Source of the DNA: Felis catus
Lineage: Eukaryota
Reading direction: 5' to 3'
Assembly: GCF_018350175.1 (NCBI RefSeq)
Contig: NC_058383.1
Coordinates: forward strand, 18,786,001-18,850,000
Length of the DNA: 64,000 bases
In this document: one piece after another, positions 41,948 through 55,051 of the stretch
How positions within the stretch are numbered: the stretch's first letter is position 1
Layout of the letters: the number at the start of each line of letters is the position of its first letter
The notes under the pieces: model-generated
Told to the model about the DNA's origin: nothing
Databases searched by the model: none
What the model saw: only the letters and a program-made list of their open reading frames with translations
Translations under genes and position numbers: made by a program

Positions 41948-44900
41948 TTTCCTTTTTTTTTCAATTAGAATAATAAAGCTATTTTAATTACTATAAATCA
42001 GCATTTATGCCTAATATTTTCATTTTTGTCTAAGTGACCTATTTTTTCTTTTTTTAAATTAATTTATTTATTTTTAATTTACATCCAAATTAGTTAGCAT
42101 ATAGTGCAACAATGATTTCAGGAGTAGATTCCTTAATGCCCCTTACCCATTTAGCCAATCCCCCCCTCACAACCCCTCCAGTAACCCTCTGTTTGTTCTC
42201 CATATTGAAGAGTCTCTTATGTTTTTCCCCCTCCCTGTTTTTATATTATTTTTGCTTCCCTTCCCTTGTGTTCATCTGTTTTGTATCTTAAAGTCCTCAT
42301 ATTAGTGAAGTCATATGATATTTGTCTTTCTCTGACTAATTTAGCTTAGCATAATACCCTCTAGTNNNNNNNNNNNNNNNNNNNNNNNNNNNNNNNNNNN
42401 NNNNNNNNNNNNNNNNNNNNNNNNNNNNNNNNNNNNNNNNNNNNNNNNNNNNNNNNNNNNNNNNNNNNNNNNNNNNNNNNNNNNNNNNNNNNNNNNNNNN
42501 NNNNNNNNNNNNNNNCCATACTTTGGCTATTGTTGATATGCTGCTATAAACATTGGGGTGCATGTGTCCCTTCGAAACAGCCTACCTGTATCTCTTGGAT
42601 AAATACCTAGTAGTGCAATGGCTGGGTCATAGGGTAGTTCTATTTTTAATTTTTTGAGGAGCCTCCATACTGTTTTCCAGAGTGGCTGCACCAGTTTGCA
42701 TTCCCACCAGCAATGCAAGAGATCCTCTGTCTCCGCATCCTCGCCAACATCTGTTGTTGCCTGAGTTGTTAATGTTAGGCNNNNNNNNNNNNNNNNNNNN
42801 NNNNNNNNNNNNNNNNNNNNNNNNNNNNNNNNNNNNNNNNNNNNNNNNNNNNNNNNNNNNNNNNNNNNNNNNNNNNNNNNNNNNNNNNNNNNNNNNNNNN
42901 NNNNNNNNNNNNNNNNNNNNNNNNNNNNNNNNNNNNNNNNTTGTTTTTTGGGTGTTGAGTTTCATAAGTTCTTTATAGATTTTGGATACTCACCCTTTAT
43001 CTGATCTGTCATTTGCAAATATCTTCTCCCATTCTGTCGGTTGCCTTTTAGTTTTGCTGACTGTTTCCTTCGCCGTGCAGAAACTTTTTATTTTGATGAG
43101 GTCCCAGTAGTTCATTTTTGCTTTTGTTTCCCTTGCCTCTGGAGACATGTTGAGTAAGAAGTTGCTGCGGCCACGGTCCAAAAGGTTTTTGCCTGCTTTC
43201 TCCTCAAGGATTTTGATGGCTTTTCGTTTTACATTGAGGTCTTTCATCCATGTTGAGTTTATTTTTATGTATGGTGTAAGAAAGTGGTCCAGGCTCATTC
43301 TTCTGCATGTCGCTGTCCAGTTTTCCCAGCACCACTTGAGGAAAAGACTGTCTTTATTCCATTGGCTATTCTTTCCTGCTTTTTCAAAGATTAGTTGGCC
43401 ATGCATTTGTGCGTCCATTTCTGGGTTCTCTATTCTGTGCCATTGATCTGAGTGGCTGTTTTTATGCCGGTACCATAGTGTCTTGATAATTACAGCTTTG
43501 TAATACAGCTTGAAGTCCGGGATTGTGATGCCTCCTGCTTTGGTTTTCTTTTTCAATATTGCTTTGGCTATTTGGGGTCTTTTCTGGTTCCATACAAATT
43601 TTAGGATTGTTTGTTCTAGCTCTGTGAAGAATGCTGGTGTTATTTTGATAGGGATTGCATTGAATATGTAGATTGCTTTGGGTAGTATCAACATTTTAAC
43701 AATATTTTTTCCTNNNNNNNNNNNNNNNNNNNNNNNNNNNNNNNNNNNNNNNNNNNNNNNNNNNNNNNNNNNNNNNNNNNNNNNNNNNNNNNNNNNNNNN
43801 NNNNNNNNNNNNNNNNNNNNNNNNNNNNNNNNNNNNNNNNNNNNNNNNNNNNNNNNNNNNNNNNNNNNNNNNNNNNNNNNNNNNNNNNNTTCATTGTTGG
43901 TGTATAGGAATGCAACCGATTTCTGTGCATTAATTTTATATCCTGCAACTTTGCTGAATTGAAGGATCAGGTCTAGCAGTTTTTTGGTGGAATGTTTTGG
44001 GTTTTCCATATAGAGTATCATGTCGTCTACAAAGACTGAGGTCCCANNNNNNNNNNNNNNNNNNNNNNNNNNNNNNNNNNNNNNNNNNNNNNNNNNNNNN
44101 NNNNNNNNNNNNNNNNNNNNNNNNNNNNNNNNNNNNNNNNNNNNNNNNNNNNNNNNNNNNNNNNNNNNNNNNNNNNNNNNNNNNNNNNNNNGCATTGAGG
44201 ATGATATTAGTGTTGTGTCTTTCACATGTGGCTTTTAGATCTCAAGGTATGATCCTTCTATCCCTACTTTCTTGAGGGTTTTTTTTTTAATCAAGAAGGG
44301 ATGCTATATTTTGTCAAATGCTTTCTCTGCATCTATTGAGAGGGTCATGTGGTTCTTGTCCTTTCTTTTATTGATGTGATGCATCACATTGATTGTTTTG
44401 CAGATATTGAACCAGCCCTGCATCCCAGGCATAAATCCCACTTGGTCGTGGTGAATAATTTTTTTAAATGTATTGTTGGATCCGGTTGGCTAATATCCTG
44501 TTGAGGATTTTTGCTTCCATGTTCATCAGGGAAATTGGTCTATAGTTCTCCTCTGTAGTGGGGTCTCTGTCTGGTTTTAGAATCCAGGTAATGTTGGCTT
44601 CATGGGAACAGTTTGGAAGTTTTCCTTCCATTTCTGTTTGTTGGAACAGTTTCAAGAGAATAGGTGTTAACTCTTCTTTAAATGTTTGGTAGAATTCTCC
44701 CGGAAAGCCATCTGGTGCTGGACTCTTGTTTTTTGGGAGATTTTTGATGGCTAATTTGATTTCTTTACTGTTATGGATCTGCTCAAATTTTCTATTTCTT
44801 CCTGTTTCAGTTTTGATAGTTTATATGTTTCTAGGAATTTTTTCAGTTCTTCCAGATTGCCCATTTTACTGGTGTGCTCATAATATTCTTTTATTCTTGT

Positions 44901-45129
44901 TCTTATTTCTGCTGTGTTGGTTGTGATCTCTCCTCTCTCCTTCTTGATTTTATTTATTTGGGTCCTTTCCTTTTTCTTTTTGATCAAAGTGGCTAGTGGT
45001 TTATCAATTTTGTTAATTCTTTCAAAGAACCGGCTTCTGGTTTCATTGATCTGTACTGGGGTTTTTTGGTTTCTGTAGCATTGATTTCTGCTCTAATCTT
45101 TATGATTTACTGTCTTCTGCTGGTTTTGG
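41948..45129 (-). mobile_element. 5'-truncated, inactivated LINE-1 (feline L1 type), partial ORF2 plus 3'UTR, with 3' transduction
   Basis: ORF2 peptides ([58 protein letters not shown]) with frameshifts and stops. L1 poly(A) ~42042-42075. TSD TCAAATG(T/G)TTTCT at 41935-41947 and 45130-45142. Confidence 0.95.
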
Positions 45130-45779
45130 TCAAATGGTTTCTGATAAGACCTCTTGGGGACCCCATGCTCTGCCCATGAGACTCTAGAATTTCACAAGAG
45201 CTTAGAGGTCAGCTTGGAAGACAGGTCTTGAAGCTACATTTGCATGGAACTATGTTAATGTTACATCGAGTGTACATTTATTACTGTAACTTGGAGACTG
45301 AGGCTGGGGGCACTGAAGAACCATGCCAAGCTACCCTTCGGTGCCAGGGCTCTGGTCTTTGAGTCCAGTCCAGCAGCTAGGAGAATCCCAGATGAGACCA
45401 CCAGAGGGCGCAAGGGCTTCAGTCTTGGTTGAAGGTGAAAAAAAACAGATGAAGACGGGCGATTAGGGTCTGGGATGCTTCTTTCAGTGTCTACCAAGGA
45501 AGCTCAGGAGTTTACAGACAGCTGGCGTGGGGAATTCAAAAGATAGGGCCGGGGATGGGGCGGGTGGCGGGGGGGGGGGGGGAGGGGGGAGTGGAGGGGG
45601 CGGTGTTTAACTTTCAACATTCCTTCCACACTTCCTGAGCATGTATGAAGCTCCAACCGGACTAATTGCCGAGGCTGGGAACTGATCGTTGGGATTTCTA
45701 GAGATAAGCTACTTCCAGAACATTTTAAGATTCCATGATCTCGTTTCATCTCGTTTGATAAGAAGTGTGCCCGGTGGGA

Positions 45780-46450
45780 GCTGCAGATAAGGAAGCCGAG
45801 ATTCCGAGGGTTGGGCGACTTCAGCGGTTCGCTGCGACTCCCTGGGGGAACGCACCCGGTGCGGCGCGGGTCTGGGGCCGTCCCCGGTTACCCCGGCGAC
45901 CGGCCGGCAGTCACGTGACGGGGGAGCAGGCGGAGAAGCTGGAGAGGCGAGCAAGGTCTACTGCCGGGCTTCTGTAGTCCGGCGGCGGTCACGTGTCCAG
46001 GGCTCGCGGGAGGTGGAGTTGGCCCCCCGGCTCCAGCGTCACATGACCGGCTCCGGGACAACATGGCGGCGGCCGTGGTGCAGCGGCGGGGCTGAGCGAC
46101 AGCGATTGCAGTGGGCTCCTAACAGGGGTGAGGGGTGGCTTCAGCCTGGGCGGGGGAGGGGAGAGGGGCGCGGGGAGGGGTCCGGGCCCTCCTCAGCCTG
46201 CTCCCGTCCCCGACGTCACTCGCTTTCCACTCGTCCTCTCCGCGCGCTGCGTCTGCCGGAACGGGGAGGCATGACAGGCAGGGCCTGGCTTCCATCCCAG
46301 CCGCGCTTTGTGCTTTCGGGCAAGCGCCTGCCGGTCTCTGGGCGCCCCTCCCTCGCCTGGGTTCCCTCCATCCTCTTTTCTCCAGCCTCCTCCCCTCGCA
46401 GGTGGGATCGTCGGTGGGACCGGAGCGCGGGCGGGCGAGGCCCCCCGGGA
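45780..46450 (+). promoter_or_regulatory. SPNS1 CpG-island promoter with CLEAR (TFEB/TFE3/MITF) elements and YY1 motif
   Basis: Perfect GTCACGTGAC at 45910-45919; GTCACGTGTC at 45988-45997; GTCACATGAC at 46038-46047; AACATGGCGGC at 46060-46070. Confidence 0.85.
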
Positions 46451-46452
46451 CC

Positions 46453-49400
46453 ATGTCTGGGTCCGACACCGCGCCCTTCCTCAGCCAGGCGGATGACACG
46501 GACGACGGGCCGGTGCCCGGCACCCCGGGGTTACCGGGGTCCATGGGGAACTCGAAGTCCGAGGATCCCGAGGTCCCGGACCGAGAGGGGCTGCAGCATA
46601 TCACCGGCTTGTCTCCGGGCCATTCGGCTCTCATAGTGGCGGTGCTGTGCTACATCAACCTCCTCAACTACATGGACCGCTTCACCGTGGCTGGTACTGA
46701 CTTCTGGGAGGAAGTCAGACTGGGGGAAGGGAAGGGGGTCCCGAAGGTGGGGCTGCCTCGTCGAGCCCATCTCGAGCCTTCTTCGCAGGCGTCCTTCCAG
46801 ACATTGAGCAGTTCTTCGACATCGGAGACAGCAGCTCCGGCCTCATCCAGACCGGTGAGTGGAGGCCCCTCCTGGGCACATGGCAGCTTTTCTTCCTTTT
46901 CTGCTCCAAATGGGGTTACATGCCGGCATGCCTGAGGCCTTAATAGAGGTAGAGAAGCCAGACTTAGAGGAGGAGATGGTCGTTATTTCTCTGTGGGTTG
47001 CCTTGTTCAGTTAGAACACCACATTTTATTTTATTTAAACAAAAAAATTTTTTAACGTGTATTTATTTTTGAGACAGAGAGAGACAGAGCATGAACAGGG
47101 GAGGGGCAGAGAGAGAGGGAGACACAGAATCCGAAACAGGCTGCAGGCTCTGAGCGGTCAGCACAGAGCCCGACGTGGGGCTCGAACTCACGGACCATGA
47201 GATCATGACCTGAGCCGAAGTCGGACGCTTAACCGACCAAGCCACCCAGGCGCCCCAGAACACCACATTTTAAAAGGCAGTTTAGTGTAATGGTTGAGAC
47301 AGACCTGGGTTTAAATCTCAGCTTTCCACTTAGGGTGATGGTAGGCAAGGCCCTCAACCTCTCTAAGCCTTACTTTTCCTTGGTGAGAAGGAAAGAGTAG
47401 CAACCCAGAACACCTCAGAGGGCTAATGTGAGAATCAGATGCGATGATTAATGCTGTAAAGTGCATGGTGCCGTGTCCGGAGGATGGTAGGCACCGAAAG
47501 ATAGGGATGGAAGGCGGTGTCTGGAATGGGGAGTGTTGAGTTTTACTTGCTCAGAACGTTGTGGGAGAGGCAAAGCCAAGGCCAGATCCTCCTTTCCTTC
47601 CTTTTCCCCTTCCTTCGTTTCTCAAACACTTCTGAGCGCTGACTCTGTGCCAGGCCCTGGAGGAAGAGGCTGATAGCATACACAGAACTTGCCCGAGACC
47701 TTTTAGACCCATTGTCTCCTAATCCTCCCATCAGTCAAAGAACAGGTGGTGGTATTATTTTATAGAAGAAGCAGGTAGTAGTCGCTATGTTTTTATAGGG
47801 AAACTGAGGCTTAGAGAATTCGGCCTTGCCCAGAGTCACACAAATGAGAGGAGAGGAGGAGTTTGAAACAAGACCTCGAAGGGTTCTTTGCTCCACTCCA
47901 GGCCAGTAAGGACTGAGAAGTATTTAAGGCAAAGTCCAGAGGAATGAGAACAGGATCATAGGCCAAGGTCTGCAAAGCTTTAAAGTGTCGAGTTAGAGAA
48001 GAAGCAAGTCTTTGTCCGCTCCATTCGCTTTTTCGTTCAACACGTGTTAATGAGCACCTTTTTTATGCAACGCCGTGTGTTCCACGGTGGAAACACAGGA
48101 GTGGTCATTATAGGCAAGGTCCTTGTCTTCACGGAGCTGACATTCTACTGGGAATGAGCGGGCCACCGTCCTGAAAAACCTAAGCTGATAACGAGGTCAT
48201 TTTCTGTAGGCTTATTTTGTAAGAGAAAACAGAGTGACTGTGATCAAGAGAGATTGGATATGTGGGGGTTGGGAAGATGTCTGAGCTGGAGCCTAAAGGT
48301 TCTGTGAAGCTCAGGCGAGTGGAGAAACGTTCCCAGTAGAGAGGACAGTGGGTGCCAAAGGTCCTAAGACGGCGTTGAGCTTGGCAGTTGGGCCATTGGG
48401 ATGCAGAGAAGGGACGGTGGATGAGCATGAGGTTGGAGAGGGAGGGAGGGGTTAGATCGGATCGTGGGCCGTGGTGTGGAGAGTGGATTTTGCTCTTGGC
48501 TGGATGGGAGTCAGCTGGGCCATCCGTTCTCCAGTGGAAGGTTTGAAAGATGCCAAAGAGGGGCCTGGGCTTCTCTGGCAGGAAGCACTGATAGTTTCAG
48601 GGTTGGGAGTTATTCCTGAGCCCCCTTGCTCTCCCTGAGCTGGGGTCGGGGTGGGGAAGGGGTACCGGGGCTGGGCTGTGACTCTCTGCTTCTNNNNNNN
48701 NNNNNNNNNNNNNNNNNNNNNNNNNNNNNNNNNNNNNNNNNNNNNNNNNNNNNNNNNNNNNNNNNNNNNNNNNNNNNNNNNNNNNNNNNNNNNNNNNNNN
48801 NNNNNNNNNNNNNNNNNNNNNNNNNTCCCCAGAGAGGTGAGGCCCCATGCTGGCTCCTGTTTCTGCCCCACCCCCACCCCCACCCCCCACCCATCAGTCT
48901 TTGCTGCCATTCTTTGGGGTCGTTGCAGACTGGGCCTGGGGAACTTACGCAGTTTCCTTGGTCCATGCCGTCTTCTCCTCCCTGCTTGCCTGAGTTAATC
49001 TGCCCACCCCATCTACTTCCCCTTTCTTCTAGAACATTCTTCTGCCATCCCCTTTCCCCCTAACCATTGACTGCTTACACTCCACACTTAAACACTCCCG
49101 CTTCTATACCATGGGAAAGACCTTACCTGGACTGTCTGTCCTCTGTCTTCCTCTTCTGAGTCAGACTGCCCACAAGGTCCCTTGACCGAGCTCCATCCTG
49201 GGTGAAGGAGCAGACAGGGAGAGGCTCTCACTTTGCTTGCACTTCCTCTCCTCCCACTCACCCCGGAACACTGCCGGCCAACCTACCCCCAGCACTCCAT
49301 TGCCAAAGTGACAGAAACCTTTTGGTTGCTAAATGTAGCTCCTGCTTCCTAATCCTGCTCTTGCTAGATCTCCTGGGAGCCTCTGGCTCTATTGACTCAC

Positions 49401-52400
49401 TTCCTCCTTCCGGAAACTCTCCCCTAACTTCTGTGATGCCACTCTTGTGGTTTTCTTCCCGCCTCCTTGGCTGTTACTTCTTTGCTCCTTTGAAATCCCT
49501 TCTGTCTGTTCTTACTCTCTGCCCCTGGAACTCTGTCCTCAGCCCCGGGTACTGCATACTCTCCTTGGGTGATCATGCCCTGTCCTTACCTTCAGGTGTC
49601 TTTGATAGACGGATAAACTTCCGCCTCAGATCATTATTCACGATTGGAGTGTCTTGGATGGTAGAAATTAAGAGTTGTTCTACACCTGTCGGGGCACGAG
49701 ATATTGAATAAAACTTGTATCGTCCCGTCCTGGTGATAGCTGTGTGAGCGAGTTATTGTTTTCCCCCTTTTCAGATGAGGAAACTGAGGCTCAGAGAGGT
49801 TAAGTTGCTTTCCCAAAGTCACAGCTAGTACGTAGTGGAGCCAGGATTCAAGCTCAGGTCTGTCCAGCTCAGGCCTCGCCCACCATCCCCGCCCCCTCTC
49901 CCGAGCCGGCTGGTGAAGGCGGGGTGCCACCTCCCCCATGTTTCGTTCCCCAGCAATTCTGGCTCCTCCTCCTGACCCGGGGCCTGGTGGGGGTCGGGGA
50001 GGCCAGTTACTCCACCATCGCGCCCACCCTCATCGCCGACCTCTTCGTGGCAGACCAGCGGAGTCGGATGCTTAGTGTGTTCTACTTTGCCATCCCGGTG
50101 GGCAGGTGCGTGGGCCTGGGGCCTGGGGGGGGGAGCACGGGAGGCAGGAGGGCCTGGCGTGGGGGCACGGCTGACCGGCTATCCCCTCTCCTCTCCCATC
50201 CCCTTTCCCCAGTGGTCTGGGTTACATTGCAGGCTCCAAAGTGAAAGATATGGCCGGGGACTGGCACTGGGCTCTGCGGGTGAGTTTGGACACAGCCTGG
50301 GGGAAGGTCAGCGACGTTGTCACTGCTTCTCCCTTTCCTACCTTCAGACATCTCCTAACCCTAACCACCCCCCCCCCCCGCCTTTTAAGGCAGCGCTCAC
50401 TCTGCCAAGCCTGTGGGAAGCCATGTGCAGACAGAACTCTTGGTTGTGGGTGGTAGCAGCTCACTGTAAAACTGTAAGCTCCCGGATGGGACTCTATTGG
50501 CTCTCATAGTGGAAAGCCCCAGGGTGAGCGTCAGGTAAAGCTGGATCCAGGACTCCCACTCCGTCCTAGGAGTTTGATCATCCTTTTTCTCAGTGCTCCT
50601 TTTCCTCTGTGTTAATTTCATTCTCAAGCAAGTGAAAGCTCCACGCATTTATCTTCCCATTTAGAAACCTCGCCACCCTGGATCCTTGAGCACTAAGTCC
50701 TGGATGGTGTCTGATTAGATGAGCACGGGTCATGTGCCTGCCACTAAACAATCACCGAGGCCAGGGAGGTTCACACCACTCTTGTCGGCCAAGTCTGGGT
50801 TATAAGCCCTGCCCTGTTTGAACCACATGGACTGAGAGAAGTGGGGGGAGTAGTTTCCCAAAAGGAAACTGGGGTGCTGTTACCAAAGAGGGAGCAGTTA
50901 GGCTTGCAGAAGCAGGGGGCCCCTAGTGGCAGTTGCTCTGCCCTCCAAACGCACGTTCAGCTTCCTTGAGCACGTGGCTTACTGGGTGTTTGAGGTCTTG
51001 GGGCTCGAGTTGCCTTCACACACCCTCACTTTCTCCCATCCCAGGGGTGTGGAGGTGTCCCTGCCTGTCTGTGCCTGTCCTGAAGCCCACTCTTTCCCCA
51101 GGTGACGCCAGGTCTAGGAGTGGTGGCTGTTCTGCTGCTGTTCCTGGTAGTCCGGGAGCCGCCACGGGGAGCTGTGGAACGCCACTCAGACTCACCACCC
51201 CTGAACCCCACCTCGTGGTGGGCAGATCTGAGGGCTCTGGCAAGGAAGTGAGTTTAGTTCCATTCTAACCCAACATCTGAGCCCCCCCCCCCCCCCCCCC
51301 AGGGAGGCCTCCGTATCTGTTCTGAGATTTACAGGAGCATGGTCTTTGTTTTCCGCCAGCTGGCCCTCCCCCAAAGCCAGGTCACCACTGCCCCCTTGTG
51401 GCAGATGCTTGAATTACAGGCCCAGATCCTGGGCGCCAAGACAGCTTCCACACCCGTCTCCTAAACTTACTTTAAAAGTAAGCCGGGGAGAGAGAGTAGA
51501 AGTCCCCTACCCTGGCACCTCAGTGGAGTCTGAGTTCCTTCTTCCCACCTGTCTTCAGTCCTAGTTTCATCCTCTCTTCCCTTGGCTTCACTGCTGTGGC
51601 CTTCGTCACGGGCTCCCTGGCTCTTTGGGCTCCTGCATTCTTGCTGCGTTCCCGTGTGGTCTTGGGGGAGACCCCACCCTGCCTTCCTGGAGACTCCTGC
51701 TCTTCCTCTGACAGGTACCCAGATGGGGGCTAGGCTAGGGGTGGCCTGCAGGTGGCAGGGGATGGAGCGGAGAGAGTCATTGATTCAGGGTCAGGCTACT
51801 TCTTCTCCCAGTCTCAGTTTTCCTGGCGGAGGAAACCGATGGTAGGATAATGCCTTCCTCTCAGAGCTCCGTGAACCATAGAGTACCTGGATAGACCTGG
51901 GGTCAGGGCGGCTGGGATGGAGCATCTTCTCCAGGCGGTGGGGGCGAGGCGAGGGGGCTTTGCAGGCAGAGGGACTGGCTCCCATGTCCCTCCCCCTGCC
52001 CCCAGCCTCATCTTTGGGCTCATCACCTGCCTGACCGGGGTCCTGGGTGTGGGCCTGGGCGTGGAGATCAGCCGCCGCCTCCGCCGTTCCAACCCCCGGG
52101 CTGACCCACTGGTCTGTGCTGCTGGCCTCTTGGGCTCCGCGCCCTTCCTCTTCCTGTCCCTTGCCTGTGCTCGTGGTAGCATCGTGGCCACCTATGTGAG
52201 TAGCCAGCAGGTGTCAAGAGGGGTGTTGTGGGTCTGGGGTGGTGGGACGGTGGGACGGTGCCTCTGCCGGGGCAGGACTGGGGTTCATCAGCATAGTGGT
52301 TCAGAGACCACTTGAACCAGAAGGCCTGCTTTTGGACCTCAACTCTGGCTCTTCCCAGCTGTGCGACATTAGGCAAGTGAGTTAACCTCTCTGTGCTCAG

Positions 52401-53895
52401 TCTTAGCATCTGTGAAATGGGAATAAGAGCTTTGTCTCACAGGGGTGTCGCGAGGATTAAGTTGAATGAGTTAATACGCGGGCCTGGTCCAGGGTCGTGT
52501 GTTTGCTCTTGTTGCGACGAGACCAACCCCCCCACCCTCCTCCATCTCCCCGCTTCCAACCTCCCCCCCCCCAGATTTTCATCTTTATTGGAGAGACGCT
52601 GCTGTCCATGAACTGGGCCGTCGTGGCTGACATTCTGTTGGTGAGTAGGCGGGCCACTGCAGGGTTAGCCCAGAGGCTGTTGGGAGCAAGGAGTGGGGGG
52701 CGGAGGCCTCACTTGCCTTAATTGTGGCCTTCACCCCTTCTTCAAAACCCAGCCCCAGACTGAATTCAGAGTCAGCCCCAGATGGGCCTGGAGTCTGGGC
52801 ATTCACCCCACTCACGCCTCCGGGCTGGGGTTCACCTTTGACCTCAGCCTAGACTGAGCCTCGGCCCTGTCCTTGCCCTCTGCCTCCCACCCCCCTTCTC
52901 CCCAGTATGTGGTGATCCCCACGCGACGGTCCACTGCCGAGGCCTTCCAGATCGTGCTGTCCCACCTGCTGGGCGATGCTGGGAGCCCCTACCTCGTTGG
53001 CCTGGTGAGCACCGCCCCTTGGCTGGACCCGGGGTGGGGATCGGGGGACCCTGCGTTCCTGGCACTGGCTGACAGCCGTTGGCCTCAGCTTGAGCTGACT
53101 TACAAGGTCTGACCCAGTTGGGTGTTCGTGTGCTCTGCGCCCGGCGCCCCTCACCTCGGAGCCTCAGCCAGGCGGGCAGGACTTCGTTTTGGAAGATTCC
53201 GCAGCGAGGCCACGGGGCTGTCCCTGGTTCTCCAGACCACCCTTCTTTGCCAGCTCCCGACTCCTTTGTTCTTCCGCAGTCCGGGGGCTCCCTGTCCGTG
53301 ACTCGTTCTCCTGGCTCTCCTTTCTCGTCTCCCTGCAGATCTCCGACCGCCTCCGCCGGAGCTGGCCCCCCTCCTTCTTGTCCGAGTTCCGAGCCCTGCA
53401 GTTCTCCCTCATGCTCTGCGCCTTCGTCGGGGCTCTGGGCGGGGCAGCCTTCCTGGGCACTGCCATTTTCATTGAGGGTGACCGCCGGCAGGCTCAGCTG
53501 CAAGTGCAGGGTCAGTGGGGGCCTTCCCTTTGTCCATCCCTGACTCCTTGCCCAACTTCATGATACCCCGTGCTTGTCCGTCCGTCCATCTGCCCGGACC
53601 TGTGTCCCTGGCTTCTCTCAGCCCACGGTTCTTCCCCCATCCTGCTTTGGGTCCGGCTGTCCAACGAGCTGACGCTCCACTGTGCCCGCAGCGCTGGTGG
53701 CTCTGCCGCCCCGTGTCCACTTCCCACCGCCCGTCTGTCCCCTCCCTGGCTTTGTGTCTTTCCGTCCATCCAGCCCTGGCTCTGACCCCTCCCTTGGCAG
53801 GTCTGCTGCGTGAGGCAGGGCCCACAGATGACCGGATCGTGGTACCCCGGCGAGGCCGCTCCACTCGCGTCCCCGTGTCCAGCGTGCTCATCTGA
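46453..53895 (+). CDS. SPNS1: Spinster homolog 1, lysosomal MFS lysophospholipid transporter (528 aa)
   Basis: Coding exons 46453-46693, 46789-46854, ~48700-48836 (mostly inside N gap; only ..IPRE|GTGAG visible), 49954-50105, 50213-50279, 51102-51247, 51559-51714, 52006-52195, 52575-52640, 52906-53004, 53339-53510, 53801-53895. Motifs [51 protein letters not shown]; ends [17 protein letters not shown] at 54130-54135. Confidence 0.97.
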
Positions 53896-54599
53896 GGGGC
53901 CGTCGCTCGCCAGCGCGCATCCCTATCCCAGCTGGCCCTGGGCCCGCCCCAGAAGGTGCCCGGGCCCGAACCCTTGGACTGGCCCAGCTTCTAGGAACGG
54001 CCTCGGGCCGCGTTCCAGCTCCCATACACTACACAGGCAGCGGTCGGTCGGGGCAGGGGGGCGGTGGGTCCGGGAGGGGCCTTCCTCTCTCCTGGAGCAG
54101 CCCCAGGGGCTTGGTGCTATTTGTAACTGAATAAAATTTGTAGTCAGACCCCAAGTGCCTGCTCGAGTCTCTCTGGGCGGTAGTATCTCTGGCTGGCAGA
54201 CCCCAGGACTCCCGGGGCTAGAGGGTCACCTCTGTGGGGACCTTAGGCAAATCCCTGCTCTCCGGGGCCTGGCGAACAGCAGTGTGGGGTGAGCGAGCTC
54301 AGTATGACCGTGAGTCAGAACCGTGGTTCCCCTAGAGCCCGCCCCTCTTGGCAGGCCGGCCAGGGTGAGGTGGGGTGGGCACTGCCCTGTGCCCCTCAGC
54401 TCCCAGGGGCAGGGCCTCCCTCCTGGCTGCCTCCTTGAGCCACGGCTGTGGAGGCCGTGGCTGTGGGCCGGCCTGTCCGCGTCTTGCCCTTCTTCCCCTG
54501 GTAGGGCTCGCTCTGCGTCCTGGGGGCCAGCAGACCCCTCTCGAGGGCCTGCGGGTGGCCCCGCGGGCCTCCGCCTCCCCCTCCCCACTGGCTGGGTGG

Positions 54600-54725
54600 G
54601 GGTGGGAAGGGGGCGGGTGCAGCTGGCTGAGCCCGATGATTTCCTGCCCTCGCCCGGGCTCACCACAGCTTCCTGCCATAGGCGGGCAGGCGCTGAGGAG
54701 AAGCAGGCGCCTAGCCGAGCGGCAG
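54600..54725 (+). promoter_or_regulatory. LAT promoter and likely non-coding first exon (GC box, E-box, ETS-RUNX-ETS)
   Basis: GGGCGGG 54611, CAGCTG 54620, ATTTCCTG 54639, ACCACA 54662, CTTCCTG 54669. Donor CAG|GTAGGG at 54725/54726 and acceptor CGCAG|ATG at 55051/55052. Confidence 0.7.
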
Positions 54726-55051
54726 GTAGGGCTGGGGCGCACAGGGGCCGCGCCGCCGGGTGACGGGTGCCCCAGACTCCAGCCCGGACCCTGGCCGGAC
54801 TGCGCAGGGAGCAGGGGTCTTGCATGGTCGGCGCTGACCCGCCTCCCCCCACTCAGCCCAGAAAGGGGAAGGGGCCATTGAGTCCCCAAGGAGGGCGCAC
54901 TTGCCCCCCACCCCCACCCCCCCGTCGGGCTTCCAGGCTGTGCCCACCCGGCTCCCGCATCCCTGCTGGCCTGGCCCTCACCCCTCCGCGGCTCGGCCCT
55001 TGAGGGGGTGAGCGGCGGGCAGCCGGGCCTGGTGCAAGCTCTCTCCCGCAG

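Noticed and set aside
42990-44225. 411-aa ORF as an active reverse transcriptase
   Set aside because: Fragment of a 5'-truncated L1 ORF2. It is bridged by N runs, lacks the endonuclease domain, and has frameshifts and stops on both sides.
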